In this document: piece after piece, positions 12,344 through 24,500 of the stretch
Layout of the letters: every line of letters begins with the position of its first letter
How positions within the stretch are numbered: the stretch's first letter is position 1
Source: Macrostomum lignano
Lineage: Eukaryota
Direction of reading: 5' to 3'
Length of the DNA stretch: 64,000 nt
Assembly (NCBI GenBank): GCA_002269645.1
Contig: NIVC01001867.1
Location: forward strand, 1-64,000
The notes under the pieces: generated by a model
What the model saw: the letters and a program-made list of their open reading frames with translations, nothing else
What the model was told of the DNA's origin: nothing
Database searches by the model: none
Position numbers and translations under genes: made by a program

Positions 12344-13870
12344 TGAAGTGAAACGAAGGCGCCGTTAGCAAGAGGATGGGAGAAATCAGCCGACACGCGC
12401 GTGATGCGTGAACAAGCATCTAGCCTTGGCAGCAACTCCCAGATGCACAAGATCTGCATGCCTAAAAATAGTCCTGATGATCGGCGAGCAAGAAGCCCAG
12501 CCATGCGACCCTCGCGTGATGCATGCACAACCTCTGACCGACACTGCCTATTGGGCCTCGAAATCCCACTCTCTCTCCCTACTGCTCCTATTCCTCGTTG
12601 CTCGCGTACAGTGTGCTAGCTTATAAAATATACTGATTGAAGAGGAAAGATCCTCGCCTGAAGTTTGAGAATGTGACTCTAGAGATCACACAGAGAAGGT
12701 CCATTGTTCGTTGTCTTCCTGAACTGTTGGCAGAAGGAAACGATAATATGGGAAAAACCCATATAAATTGTCGTTTCAATTGGTTCCACTGACCGCGTGA
12801 GTCGCCGCTAGACAGAAGTCTCAGACACCATGCAGTTATCGCTCTGCTGCATGTCGTCAACAGCCATTCGAATGAATCGAGAACTGAGACTTTCCTGCCT
12901 TCAGTAAAGGAATACTTCGAACTAAACAAGACCAATGGACGAAGATCAAGAAGCGACACAGTTTACCCTTCCGAGAAGAAACTTTCGTTGAGAGATCTAC
13001 ACAATCAATTTGGTCAAGACGGTATTTTTCGACGTCCTATTTAACTGCAATGTACCTTCAGCCAGCATCCCGATCTGACTGTCTACCAGACGCTGTTTCA
13101 ATTTGTCGAGTCTCCGTGTCCAGTCCTATTTGCGTCACTGTTTAGGGCATCGAAAAGCCCATTCAATTTGTCGAGTTTCCGAGTTCACGTCAATCCCCCT
13201 CTCAGATCTGATTAAATAGTCAAGAGGATATGCTGGTACAATTCATCCACTGTTGTCACAAGTTCACTTTGCCCCTTGACCAAGTTTCGTGTTTCAACAA
13301 CATCAACTCAACTGCAAGTTACCAAGTGGGACTGCGTATCGCAAGCAAATGCACAACTGTACGCCATGTTATCATTGCTCCAAGCTTATTTTCAACAGAG
13401 CTCGGAGGGCCTCGCTTCCCTGAAAAAAAGAGCGACTGAAGTGAAACGAAGGCGCCGTTAGCAAGAGGATGGGAGAAATCAGCCGACACGCGCGTGATGC
13501 GTGAACAAGCATCTAGCCTTGGCAGCAACTCCCAGATGCACAAGATCTGCATGCCTAAAAATAGTCCTGATGATCGGCGAGCAAGAAGCCCAGCCATGCG
13601 ACCCTCGCGTGATGCATGCACAACCTCTGACCGACACTGCCTATTGGGCCTCGAAATCCCACTCTCTCTCCCTACTGCTCCTATTCCTCGTTGCTCGCGT
13701 ACAGTGTGCTAGCTTATAAAATATACTGATTGAAGAGGAAAGATCCTCGCCTGAAGTTTGAGAATGTGACTCTAGAGATCACACAGAGAAGGTCCATTGT
13801 TCGTTGTCTTCCTGAACTGTTGGCAGAAGGAAACGATAATATGGGAAAAACCCATATAATTTTCGTTTCA
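12344..13870 (+). mobile_element. Non-autonomous LTR retroelement (TRIM-like), 1527 bp
   Basis: Near-identical direct repeats at 12344-12778 and 13437-13870, each TG...CA. GTAG is duplicated at both flanks (12340-12343 and 13871-13874). PBS TGGTTCCACTGACCG at 12781; polypurine tract GAAAAAAAGAG just before the 3' LTR; ~660-bp internal region with no gag/pol ORF. Confidence 0.9.
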
Positions 13871-14647
13871 GTAGCAGCTTTGGGGGCGGTGTAAGGCAAT
13901 GTAGTACGGCAAGTATCAAAGCCATGGACAAATTGGTTACACTCGTTAAAATTAGCAGGTCGGGTCTCAGAAGATAGTCTGGGGGGAGATTCGGTCTTTA
14001 CAGCCGAGACAGCGCTGGCCTCTGGGACGTTCTCACTGCCGATCTCGTCGCCAGCCCCAAGTAGCGATACTGTGATTGAATGGCACAGGGATTTTAAGGT
14101 CGGCAATTGGATTATCTGATCCTTAGAATTGGACTATCCTGCCGACATCAACCTTTGCAAACTGATTCACCAAAGTAGTCTTAAACTTACCTGTCTTCAT
14201 GTGCGTCCTAGCTCTTAATATTGAATTTAAACTGAAGAGAAGGAAATCGGCAGACACAAGATCACTGCCGCTAAATTCACTGTTAGTTGTTAAATGAATT
14301 TGTCTCTTGTATACATATTGATCTTCATTTATTAGACAAGATTTGCCACTGAACTGATTAATTGTTGATTGAAATCTCGACGCTTGCAAGAAACAGACGG
14401 ACGCTGCTACTTCCCTTAAGTATGCGAGATAAATACATGTAAGTTTTTACCAAAAGAAGCAAAAGAAGTACACCATGCCCTCAGATTGCATGTCGCAAGT
14501 TAACGACGCGAATAGAGCGGAGTAAAAAGACGCTGTAATCCTACTAGTAGTAATAAGTTCTGCTTCTGTACTTGGCCGTGGATTGAATAATTCTGTCGCT
14601 TGGTTGGTGTAAAAACACACATTTCGTACGTCTGCAGGGCGTCGTGG

Positions 14648-14683
14648 GCAGGGACTATTTAAACTAGTTCAAGTAGTCCCTGC
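14648..14683. repeat. 36-bp near-perfect palindrome (GCAGGGACTA...TAGTCCCTGC)
   Basis: Perfect 10-bp outer arms; the inner 16 nt pair with two mismatches. Confidence 0.8.
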
Positions 14684-14714
14684 CGTGAGGATGGTCCTGC
14701 AGTCCGAGCGCCTA

Positions 14715-14965
14715 TCTGACCGCCAGAGAGCGGCGTTTTTTTCAGGCGGTGGTCAGGACAGTCCTGCTTTATTCAAAGTCGAGACATGGACGTTGACCGG
14801 CTTGCTCGAACAGCAAGTTGATGAGGCGCCCGCTGGTCTGCTGCAGGCACACTACCGGCTGGAAAATGCACCCCTGAAGAAGTTCAACTCCGAACTCCGT
14901 TCCATACAGCTTATTCAGAGCGAGATTACAGAAAAGAGAGCGCTATGCTCTAGCTGTCAATATAG
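14715..14965 (+). mobile_element. Degenerate non-LTR retrotransposon (RTE-like LINE) fragment, C-terminal to RT
   Basis: Joining two frames across a shift near 14775 gives FQAVVRTVLLYS/VETWTLTGLLEQQVDE...NSEL...SEITEKR. This resembles the LINE post-RT motif (A.V.S.LLYG.ETWTLT...E..LD), recognised from family knowledge. Confidence 0.55.
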
Positions 14966-16001
14966 ATTTGTGAGTATAAGGGTGTATTCTGCAACTAGCT
15001 GCTCTATCAATGACTGACCGGCTCAGATTCTCTGGGCCTTTCTCTTCTGTAGGCAGGAAACAAAATACGCCTAAATCAATCTTATCGCGCACTTTATCTC
15101 CCAATTTTTTGGAGGCCAAATAACTGGATTGGACGCAAGGATTCAGTTAGCTGTATAGAACGGAGTTTGGACTCGAACCTCTCCAGGGCGCGCGAGATGC
15201 CGCTTGGTGTTGTGTTGGATAAGAAAATAATGAGCTTTAAACCTCTAATGGTAATGTTGCTGAGTATCCCTTGTCCGAGACTGCTACCTAAAGGGGAGTT
15301 TTCCGTTTGTTACTATTCAGGACGACGAACGCAAGATGGTTTCTGCCGTCCTAGTTGAACTGAGTCTGAACCGGTGCGTGAGGTCGCGTCGCAAATCTCC
15401 GGCTCAGCCCGTCCCTAATCCCAATACGAGTACCATCACAGTCACAGACATATCGTAAAGAACGTGGCGCTCCTCCCACTTCTTGATGGGAGCCCTCCAC
15501 TCGTCGGGAGCGCGCAACTTTATATTTAGGCTGAATGGTTAAACCCTAGGGTAATCGCTCACCCGGGCCAGCCAGCCAAAACATTCAGAAAATAAACAGG
15601 CTTAGAGCGCGTGGGAGGCTGGGGCTTGAGAAAGTGGTGGCAGCCAATCGGGTGGCGTGGGAGGGACAGAAAGGGACGAGATAATAAACGCGACGGGGGT
15701 GGTGGGGGGCAGCCAGCTCAGCTCAGAGGCATAGCAGGCAGTTGGGGCGGGTGAGAGAAATTAGAGAGAGGGAGGGAGTTGGTGCAATATCAGGCGCACC
15801 CGACTGCCAGCCAAGGACGGCTTGCGGTGCAAGGTCACTGCGACACAACACATGTCATAATCCACCTCCGGTGCAGTCAGTCTGTCCGAGCAGTTGGTTT
15901 TTCAAGCATCTTGGGTTGGTCATCGCGGTCCGGAATGGGACAAGATCGCCAATGGGCCAAGACCAGGACAGCTCTCGCACTCGGCGTTTCGGGGTCGCCA
16001 T

Positions 16002-16085
16002 CACAAACTGAAATATCAAAAACCCGAAACATCACAACCCGAAACATCACAAACCCGAAATATCACAACACATCTAAACACAAAA
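16002..16085. repeat. Short AACCCGAAACATCACAA-type subrepeats, possibly a DNA-transposon subterminal region
   Basis: About four imperfect copies; no matching opposite terminus found in the window. Confidence 0.35.
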
Positions 16086-18371
16086 TATCCAAGGACCACT
16101 AGGAACACTTCGTTATAGTGTTCTAGTCTAGTCAGTCCTTGTAAATATCATAACTCCGAAAACCAAAATGAGCGTTGGTCGTTGCTAGAGTTTTGCTGTT
16201 AAGAATGTCCACCCCCTTGGTGTAACCCGCAAAATTGATGGTGGTTGTGAATGACCCTATATATGGTAAAACTACAGCAAAGTTATTAATGATGTTTTTT
16301 CTCCGTCTCCGCTTGCGACTCGATGGCTCCAAAAGCAAAATTTATAGCTACACTTAATCAATGGACTTAGTGATGAATTATATAACTCAGTTCATATCAA
16401 ATGTCTTCATGATTCAGGCATGATGTAGCTCGCTTGACGAAAACTATTAGTAAATGATTCATATGGATTCACTCTGAGGTATTGTGCATCACTCGACCAC
16501 CTCAGACGGGCTTGCATCGTGCAAAAAATGGACGCGCGCGCACACAGCTCTTACTTTGTGTTTTTTTATCTCTTACTAAGCTTTTACTGGACAAAAAACT
16601 CATCGTATAAACTCCTTTTCTTACATTCGTCTAACAACAGAATGTCACACTCTCCAATAATGCATAAACATTGCCATGTACTTTTTTAAAAAGTAATTTT
16701 TATTTTGAATTTCGTTTGTAAGAACGATTTTATCTATTGTTCTTCATTGTAGCTTTTTAGTGACTTTCATAAGCTTTCATAAGTTTGTGGCGAGCAAGAG
16801 TCGAATATTGTGCGATGCATTGATTGTGTCTGTAGTGAGTCTATATAGTAGCACGATGCGAGAATAAAATTTAAAACAGCACCGGCCAAGCATATAGACT
16901 TGGAGCACATGAGCCACAAAATCGCTCATCATTGCGTGGAGAATTAGTTAAAGACGGTAAACTAGAGGGAAGAAACCAGCTTGTGACGAATACTAGTGTG
17001 GCGGCCTCGAGAATAAGCAAAGGCAAATGAATGCGGCAGAGGCAATTTGTAGCGGTAGCACTTGGCCGTAATATCAGTTAAAGTTAAAGTTAATGCTAAA
17101 GCAATCAATGACTGCAGACTTGTTTATTGTCAACAAAAGTACAGGTTGGAATCGTAACAATGCACTGGCGACTACACAACAACAAGTTAGATAGCTTAGG
17201 TAGTAGAAGTGGCGTGGCTGAGAGTGGCAAAGGCGTGGCTAAAACCGTGGCGGAGCGAGGCGGAGAGAGAAGGCAAGTAAACAAGTAAAGGCGGCAAGAG
17301 CCTACAGGCGGGGACGCAAAGCCAGGCGGGACGATGAGGTTGGCGGCGGAGCAAAGGAGTCAAAACAGGGTCTGAACGGGTCTAAACCCCGAGCGCACGG
17401 CCAGACAGAACTGATAAAGAGCGGGCTGGGGGGGGGTGCGAGAGAAATTAATATAATTAATGCGCGGCTTTTTTATTGGCCGGCTGACAAAAACAGGAAT
17501 AGAAATTATCGATCGCGCGCTGTACGCAGGGTTTACAATTGTACGCAGCTGATTAAAATTCTTTGGGCACTACTTTAAGCAGACGTGAGAATACGAAACC
17601 AGTAATATTAAAGATTGGTACCGTATGTCAAAACGGCCCTTGGCGTGGCTACGTAAACTGACGTCACAAGCTAATGTACAACGGCATACATCATGATACA
17701 TTAGATTATCATAATGTATGCGTCGAAAATATCGGTTACTTAATTGTATTTTTATTTCAGGGATAGAATATTTGATAGCAAAATGCAACAAATTTTCGAT
17801 ATACGCCACTGAACTTAGAAATGAGAAAGTAGAAAGTGAGAAAGTAGAAAGTAGAAATGAAAAATATAGCGTAACAAATAATCTGAAATTTTCTGTACGT
17901 TTATAGCAGAATGCTAGAAGTTCTGACTTAGAACTGTTAATTCAGAATAAGAAGCTAAAACTCATTAAATGCACCGACCCAGCTAGGCCTTTTTAACTTT
18001 TTAAGTTGTTAAGAGACGCTGGATACGAACGTGGACGCGCGATTTTAATCTCTACATATAAAATCAAAACTTTTGTATATAATTCAAAGAAATACATAAA
18101 ACAAAATACAAAGAGAGTCAATGAATTGCAAAATCCCAGGATTCCCAGTCCAAATCCCTTGGGTATGGATGTGTGTATCCCAAATATGTATCACTCACAG
18201 AATAAGTACTAAAAACATATGTAGCACAGAATAACTATCATTTTCATATCGTGATTATTGTGATACTTACAGGGGTAATTTTAGGCCCTATTTTAAAGTT
18301 TAAGCTACATATGTTTTTTAATCGCCGTTTAAAAAGTCTTAAAAACATGTAAATTATTGTTTGAAATAATT

Positions 18372-18531
18372 GGGTATGGATCTAGAAAATTTTGAATGGG
18401 GCGCAGATTACTAAGGTACATGTATAATCATTTATGTAAATGTACACGAGAGATTTCCATATTAAAAAAAAATTCTAACTGGACAGGGCCAGGGGGCGCA
18501 CCCTGCGTGCCTCCCCCTAAATCCGCCACTG
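18372..18531. mobile_element. Eroded non-autonomous DNA element (end reads CAGTGGCGGATTTAGGGGG on the minus strand)
   Basis: Right end ...CCCCCTAAATCCGCCACTG; left end GGGTATGGATCTAGAAAATTTTGAATGGGG. Related starts at 42796 and 57701. Confidence 0.4.
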
Positions 18532-19297
18532 AAAATAATATAATACATTTAATTTATATACTTACATAAAAATATTAGTATTATTGAAGCTTATTTTCCT
18601 CTATTCACATCTCTTCTAGAATTGTATTCCTTTTGTCCTAGACTATTTTTATAACTTGCTATCATAGTATAATAATACCTAGTACTAGTAGCCTTTCTAT
18701 TTTATTTGTATCGACAGTTAAGTTGTTTAATTTTTATAATTTAATGCTATGCCAATGCTATAGTATAGCTATAGCTTATCATATATTATATTTCTATGAG
18801 TATTTTTTAAAATATAATGACTTAAAGCAAAATGAACAAAATAAATATAGGCATTACTGCACAGTTTTATTTGCAATTTTTTTCATTTGAATTTAGATTT
18901 AGTAACTAATAACTTAAAGTTGATTTTCTTACTCTTAGGACTACAAAAACCAATTGTAACATGGAAACATTTGTTGGTTTGTTTAACTACATTAGTAAAC
19001 CTAACTATAAACCAGAAAAGGAGCTCAGTAGTTCAATAGTAATAGATTAATAGTACTTTGTTTTGTGGCACTATCCAACTTGGCCTAGTCTAGGCCTAGT
19101 CATTTTTGTCATGGTGATAAATTATGCTTAAGCTTTAGAATAATTAGGATAGGTAAAAGGCTTTTTGTAATCCCCTTTTTAGCATTTATTATTTTTTCCT
19201 TTGTGCTTTAGAGAACTTGTGGAAATTTTCTATGTCCCATTAGCATTATTATTCATTGTCCTTAGTTGTCAATATTGTATGATTTTTGATAGGCTTT

Positions 19298-19590
19298 TAG
19301 CCTAGTGCCTAGTGGTTATAGCATTGCACTTATAACTGGAAGGTCAGGGGTTCAATCCTTAATCCACTCAGAACAATTTGTGTCCTTGAGCAAGATACTT
19401 AACTCTGCATTGCTTCAGTTTATCCAGTTGTAAAATGGGTATTAGCATTTGTTGGGGTAATTAAGGGTGTGTGTAGGGCAACCCCCTATTCCTTAGACTA
19501 AACAGCCATATGCAGCCCTCAGATGCCCCATACAATAGCTTGCACATCTGCCCATTAGGGCAGGTGTAATCAATAATTAATTAATTATAT
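19298..19590 (+). mobile_element. tRNA-derived SINE with a CORE-like central domain
   Basis: A-box-like TGCCTAGTGGTTA and B-box-like GGTTCAATCC, followed by TGTGTCCTTGAGCAAGATACTTAACTCTGCATTGCTTCAGTTTATCCAGTTGTAAAATGGG (resembles the MIR/CORE consensus) and an AT-rich ATTA tail. Confidence 0.7.
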
Positions 19591-19953
19591 ATGATTTTAA
19601 TATCCAAAAGATAGAAAAGGCTAAAATAAGCCAAGGTTAAATACAAAGTGCATGACCAATATCATTATATAAGGTTTACATCAAGCCTCTGCACTACAGC
19701 ACTAGTTATACAATTTCAGTGGCCTATACTTCTACACTGTCCACTTTTCATTTTCCAATATTTCTTGTCAGTTTTTCAGTGTGATTTTTGTGGGAGTCTA
19801 ACTTTAGAATTCAAGCCACTGGTTTTTAGCATATATATGCTTTATTTAATAACTTTATCTGTCTGAATTCCTAAAATTCTATAATTGAATTCAGTTGAAC
19901 AGGAGGCAAATTCACAATCTATTATTTTATTGCATGTCCTGCACTGAACTACT

Positions 19954-21166
19954 ATGCCAAGACTGACGCTTGTGCTGCTGCTGCCCCTGCTCTGCAGAGC
20001 TGGCTATGTTGAAATCACCACCCTGAGCAAGCCAGACGCCTGCCAGGACCAGGTGCGACAGAACGACCGGGTTGCCGTGCACTACACCGGCAAGTTCGCC
20101 AGCGGCCAGGTGTTCGACTCCTCCTACAGCCGCGGCGAGCCAATCGAATTTGTGCTGGGCAAACGGCACGTTATCCCTGGCTGGGAGCAGGGCCTGCTGG
20201 GCATGTGTGTGGAGTAAGTCTGGTCTCCCATGTTCGGATTGGGGATCTAATTACCTGACCGATCCGTCACCCGCCTGACCCAATCACCGCCGATTTTCAG
20301 CGAAATCCGCAAGCTGGTCATCCCGCCGGAGCTCGCCTACGGCAAGCAGGGCCACCCGCCTGTCATTCCGCGTGAGTTCCCCGCACACCTGCATCAGTGA
20401 CCTCCCGTACACCTGCCTCTGTGACCTCCCGTACACCTGCCTCTGTGACCTCCCGTACACCTGCATCAGTGACCTCTCGCACACCTGCCTCTGTGACCTC
20501 CCGTACACCTGCATCAGTGACCTCCCGCACACCTGCATCAGTGACCTCCCGCACACCTGCATCAGTGACCTCCCGCACACCTGCATCAGTGACCTCCCGC
20601 ACACCTGCATCAGTGACCTCCCGCACACCTGCATCAGTGACCTCCCGCACACCTGCATCAGTGACCTCCCGCACACCTGCATCAGTGACCTCCCGCACAC
20701 CTGCATCAGTGACCTCCCGCACACCTGCATCAGTGACCTCCCGCACACCTGCATCAGTGACCTCCCGCACACCTGCATCAGTGACCTCCCGCACACCTGC
20801 ATCAGTGACCTCCCGCACACCTGCATCAGTGACCTCCCGCACACCTGCATCAGTGACCTCCCGCACACCTGCATCAGTGACCTCCCGCACACCTGCATCA
20901 GTGACCTCCCGCACACCTGCATCGCAATCAAACCTGCACTCACCACCGCAGCGGACTCAACCCTGGTATTCGAGACCAAGCTGGTGTCAATCAAGAGGGA
21001 CTCCGGCGGCCGGTTCGACCTGTCGGGCGCCTCACTGCACAGCCTCGCCTCCCTGATCGCCGTCCCCGCCTTCATTCTCTACGCTGTTTATTACGTTGCC
21101 AAGCGCTACAAGGAGCAGGAGGCCGAGCAGAAGAAGGCAAAACAGCTGCGCAAGAAGCGGTCCTAA
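19954..21166 (+). CDS. FKBP11: FKBP-type peptidyl-prolyl isomerase with signal peptide, C-terminal TM helix and KKxx motif (FKBP11/FKBP19-like), 181 aa
   Basis: Exons 19954-20213, 20301-20371 and 20952-21166 with GT-AG sites and consistent phases. Motifs VHYTGKF, FDSS, VIPGWEQGLLGMC, RKLVIPPELAYG, STLVFETKL; TM segment LIAVPAFILYAVYYV; ends RKKRS. AATAAA at ~21432. Confidence 0.88.
20378..20922. repeat. 24-bp minisatellite filling FKBP11 intron 2 (CCTCCCGCACACCTGCATCAGTGA)
   Basis: About 22 tandem units between the GTGAGT donor (20372) and the CCGCAG acceptor (20951). Confidence 0.95.
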
Positions 21167-21594
21167 GCTCGATTCCCTGGTTGATAACAGAGACGCGCGA
21201 CTTGGCTGCCAAATCCTCTCCTTCATTCCTCTCTTGTTTGCCTCTCAGCATCTGAATGTGTCTGCGGAGTTTTTAACCCGCGCCAAGTCTCTAATAATAA
21301 TCATAAAATGCTTTTGTGAAATGATGAACAAATTCGTGATGGAACTGCCGGTCGCTGTTTGCACTTGCATTTCTGTTCTTCTTGGCAGTCTGTGTTGAGC
21401 ATTCCCTGCTCAAATCCGCTATTAAATGTTAAATAAAAATACTCAATGCTTTTTTATTGCTTTGCCTTCCGCCTTAACCGGATTGACCTCATTTTGTGCC
21501 CTCGTTCTTGTTGCCTCGGTCAAATTTAACAGCTTTTAGCGAAACTTATCAAGTGTTGAGGAGACATGTTGGGTAATTAAAGTGTGATAAAAAG

Positions 21595-24500
21595 GGGAGA
21601 TTGGGTCAGGAAGAGGGAGAGTGGGTCAGGAAGAGGGAGATTGCGGTCAGAAAGAGGGAGATTGGGGTCAAGAAGAGGGAGATTGGGGTCAGGAAGAGGG
21701 AGATTGCGGTCAGGAAGAGGGAGATTGGGGTCAAGAAGAGGGAGAGTGGGTCAGGAAGAGGGAGATTGGGGTCAGGAAGAGGGAGATTGGGGTCAGGAAA
21801 GAGGGAGATTGCGGTCAGGAAAAGGGAGATTGGGGTCGGAAAGAGGGAGATTGCGGTCAGGAAGAGGGAGATTGGGTCAGGAAGAGGGAGGGTGGGTCAG
21901 GAAGAGGGAGATTGGGTCAGGAAAAGGGAGGGTGAGTCAGGAAGAGGGAGGGTGAGTCAGGAAGAGGGAGGGTGAGTCAGGAAGAGGAAGATTGGGTCAG
22001 GAAAAGGGAGGGTGAGTCAGGAAGAGGAAGATTGGGTCAGGAAGAGGGAGGGTGAGTCAAGAAGAGGGAGGGTGAGTCAGGAAGAGGGAGGGTGAGTCAG
22101 GAAGAGGGAGGGTGAGTCAGGAAGAGGGAGGGTGGGTCAGGAAGAGGGAGATTGGGTCAGGAAAAGGGAGGGTGAGTCAGGAAGAGAAAGATTGGGTCAG
22201 GAAGAGGGAGGGTGAGTCAGGAAGAGGGAGGGTGGGTCAGGAAGAGGAAGATTGGGTCAGGAAAAGGGAGGGTGAGTCAGGAAGAGGGAGGGTGGGTCAG
22301 GAAGAGGGAGATTGGGTCAGGAAAAGGGAGGGTGAGTCAGGAAGAGGGAGGGTGAGTCAGGAAGAGGGAGGGTGGGTCAGGAAGAGGAAGATTGGGTCAG
22401 GAAAAGGGAGGGTGAGTCAGGAAGAGGGAGGGTGGGTCAGGAAGAGGGAGATTGGGTCAGGAAAAGGGAGGGTGAGTCAGGAAGAGGGAGGGTGAGTCAG
22501 GAAGAGGGAGGGTGGGTCAGGAAGAGAAAGATTGGGTCAGGAAGAGGGAGGGTGAGTCAGGAAGAGGGAGGGTGAGTCAGGAAGAGGGAGGGTGAGTCAG
22601 GAAGAGGAAGATTGGGTCAGGAAAAGGGAGGGTGAGTCAGGAAGAGGGAGGGTGGGTCAGGAAGAGGGAGATTGGGTCAGGAAAAGGGAGGGTGAGTCAG
22701 GAAGAGGGAGGGTGAGTCAGGAAGAGGGAGGGTGGGTCAGGAAGAGGAAGATTGGGTCAGGAAAAGGGAGGGTGAGTCAGGAAGAGGGAGGGTGGGTCAG
22801 GAAGAGGGAGATTGGGTCAGGAAAAGGGAGGGTGAGTCAGGAAGAGGGAGGGTGAGTCAGGAAGAGGGAGGGTGGGTCAGGAAGAGGAAGATTGGGTCAG
22901 GAAAAGGGAGGGTGAGTCAGGAAGAGGGAGGGTGAGTCAGGAAGAGGGAGGGTGAGTCAGGAAGAGGGAGGGTGAGTCAGGAAGAGGGAGGGTGAGTCAG
23001 GAAGAGGGAGGGTGAGTCAGGAAGAGGGAGGGTGAGTCAGGAAGAGGGAGGGTGAGTCAGGAAGAGGAAGATTGGGTCAGGAAAAGGGAGGGTGAGTCAG
23101 GAAGAGGGAGGGTGGGTCAGGAAGAGGGAGATTGGGTCAGGAAAAGGGAGGGTGAGTCAGGAAGAGGGAGGGTGAGTCAGGAAGAGGGAGGGTGGGTCAG
23201 GAAGAGGAAGATTGGGTCAGGAAAAGGGAGGGTGAGTCAGGAAGAGGGAGGGTGGGTCAGGAAGAGGGAGATTGGGTCAGGAAGAGGGAGGGTGAGTCAG
23301 GAAGAGGGAGGGTGAGTCAGGAAGAGGGAGGGTGAGTCAGGAAGAGGAAGATTGGGTCAGGAAAAGGGAGGGTGAGTCAGGAAGAGGGAGGGTGGGTCAG
23401 GAAGAGGGAGATTGGGTCAGGAAAAGGGAGGGTGAGTCAGGAAGAGGGAGGGTGAGTCAGGAAGAGGGAGGGTGGGTCAGGAAGAGGAAGATTGGGTCAG
23501 GAAAAGGGAGGGTGAGTCAGGAAGAGGGAGGGTGAGTCAGGAAGAGGGAGGGTGAGTCAGGAAGAGGGAGGGTGAGTCAGGAAGAGGGAGGGTGAGTCAG
23601 GAAGAGGGAGGGTGAGTCAGGAAGAGGGAGGGTGAGTCAGGAAGAGGGAGGGTGAGTCAGGAAGAGGAAGATTGGGTCAGGAAAAGGGAGGGTGAGTCAG
23701 GAAGAGGGAGGGTGGGTCAGGAAGAGGAAGATTGGGTCAGGAAAAGGGAGGGTGAGTCAGGAAGAGGGAGGGTGGGTCAGGAAGAGGGAGATTGGGTCAG
23801 GAAAAGGGAGGGTGAGTCAGGAAGAGGGAGGGTGAGTCAGGAAGAGGGAGGGTGGGTCAGGAAGAGGGAGATTGGGTCAGGAAAAGGGAGGGTGAGTCAG
23901 GAAGAGGGAGGGTGGGTCAGGAAGAGGGAGATTAGGTCAGGAAAAGGGAGGGTGAGTCAGGAAGAGGGAGGGTGAGTCAGGAAGAGGGAGGGTGAGTCAG
24001 GAAGAGGAAGATTGGGTCAGGAAAAGGGAGGGTGAGTCAGGAAGAGGGAGGGTGGGTCAGGAAGAGGGAGATTGGGTCAGGAAAAGGGAGGGTGAGTCAG
24101 GAAGAGGGAGGGTGAGTCAGGAAGAGGGAGGGTGGGTCAGGAAGAGGAAGATTGGGTCAGGAAAAGGGAGGGTGAGTCAGGAAGAGGGAGGGTGGGTCAG
24201 GAAGAGGGAGATTGGGTCAGGAAAAGGGAGGGTGAGTCAGGAAGAGGGAGGGTGAGTCAGGAAGAGGGAGGGTGGGTCAGGAAGAGAAAGATTGGGTCAG
24301 GAAGAGGGAGGGTGAGTCAGGAAGAGGGAGGGTGAGTCAGGAAGAGGGAGGGTGAGTCAGGAAGAGGAAGATTGGGTCAGGAAAAGAGAGGGTGAGTCAG
24401 GAAGAGGGAGGGTGGGTCAGGAAGAGGGAGATTGGGTCAGGAAAAGGGAGGGTGAGTCAGGAAGAGGGAGGGTGAGTCAGGAAGAGGGAGGGTGGGTCAG

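Noticed and set aside
15165-15215. tRNA gene on the minus strand (GGTTCGAGTCC B-box)
   Set aside because: The A-box is poor and only ~20 nt away, and no cloverleaf forms.
14685-15358. Two-exon novel gene (GTGAGT donor ~14970, acceptor 15052, open to 15358)
   Set aside because: The first part is better explained as a frameshifted LINE fragment and the second part has no protein-like features. Exonisation cannot be fully excluded without RNA data.
16560-16790. Degenerate minus-strand ILLLDE (Walker B-like) peptide
   Set aside because: Short, flanked by stops, with no Walker A or other support.
20284-21166. ORFs spanning FKBP11 intron 2 (ISDLPHTC and similar)
   Set aside because: Repeat artefact. 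The intron is 580 nt, so retention would not keep the FKBP frame.
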